Assembly (NCBI RefSeq): GCF_001545095.1
Contig: NZ_CP013213.1
Coordinates: 840,001 to 872,000 of the forward strand
Reading direction: 5' to 3'
Source of the DNA: Erysipelothrix larvae
GTDB lineage: Bacteria; Bacillota_I; Bacilli_A; Erysipelotrichales; Erysipelotrichaceae
DNA length: 32,000 nucleotides
This document shows positions 31,577-32,000 of the stretch, piece by piece. Under the pieces are notes generated by a model that saw nothing but the letters and a program-made list of their open reading frames with translations, was not told the DNA's origin and ran no database searches. The stretch's first letter is position 1, and each line of letters begins with the position of its first letter. A program made the translations under genes and the position numbers.

Positions 31577-32000
31577 TATTTTTAAACCCAGTATTCCACT
31601 TGCCCTTGTTGGCGTTGTAATGGTTGGAAGTGTGGCATTGATTGAACTCTATCAAATTCAATTAATGGCACAAATTATTGATGTAGGAATTGCAAATCAA
31701 GATATGAGTGTTATTGTACGGGTCGGCTCATTAATGGTAGGTCTGGCCTTAATTGGCGCGGTGATTGCGGTGTTGGGACTTATCATTCCTGCACATGTGT
31801 CAACGCTTTTTGGGTTTAATCTCAGATTATATTTATTTGATAAGATTCAAAACTTCTCAGTTAAAAATGTTAACAAATTTTCAAGTGCGTCCTTAGTTAC
31901 GCGATTAACTAATGATATTGATGTTGTTTCGAGAACCCTTATGACCATTTTAAGACTTCTTGTAAGAGCACCAATCCTTATGGTCAGTGCTGTGTATATG
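31560..32000 (+). CDS. ABC exporter, fused permease/ATPase type (N-terminal transmembrane domain, partial)
   Basis: Absent from the ORF track because it runs off the window. The ATG at 31560 overlaps the MarR 3' end by 17 nt and the frame is open for 147 codons to the window end. MKKLFSIFKPSIPLALVGVVMV... ...FDKIQNFSVKNVNKFSSASLVTRLTNDIDVV is the typical ABC_membrane (type I exporter) N-terminus. Confidence 0.8.
   Translation, partial: MKKLFSIFKPSIPLALVGVVMVGSVALIELYQIQLMAQIIDVGIANQDMSVIVRVGSLMVGLALIGAVIAVLGLIIPAHVSTLFGFNLRLYLFDKIQNFSVKNVNKFSSASLVTRLTNDIDVVSRTLMTILRLLVRAPILMVSAVYM

Overview
This is a low-GC chromosomal window from a Firmicutes-type bacterium. By eye the 16S resembles Erysipelotrichia or Mollicutes-related lineages. 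All intact genes read through under the standard code (table 11).

Layout:
- 1-10.6 kb: small regulators, redox enzymes and housekeeping genes. These are an ANT(6)-like nucleotidyltransferase (partial), Crp/Fnr, a MarR-NmrA pair, an aldo/keto reductase, a tyrosine phosphatase, cyclophilin, an M24 Xaa-Pro peptidase and a DUF2721 protein. Gene decay is conspicuous: a LysR gene with three in-frame nonsense codons, and a 1.5 kb patch (7.0-8.6 kb) holding a Rep_3 replication-initiator fragment, a frameshifted secreted-protein gene and an SDR C-terminal remnant.
- 10.6-16.9 kb: lipoate-protein ligase followed by pdhABCD. The E2 has two lipoyl domains.
- 17.4-24.9 kb: an Opp/Dpp-type ABC importer operon, and the most unusual locus in the window. 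Its OppC-type permease carries a seven-bladed RCC1-like beta-propeller (about 295 aa) inserted in the first extracytoplasmic loop. Its OppF-type ATPase carries a charged insertion of about 165 aa between Walker A and the Q-loop. A translationally coupled 61-aa membrane protein closes the operon.
- 25.0-25.7 kb: a TPP riboswitch followed by thiT.
- 25.8-31.0 kb: a complete 16S-23S-5S rRNA operon with no spacer tRNA and clear processing-stem complementarity.
- 31.1-32.0 kb: a MarR gene overlapping the start of an ABC exporter gene (partial).

I found no CRISPR array, tRNA gene or intact mobile element.
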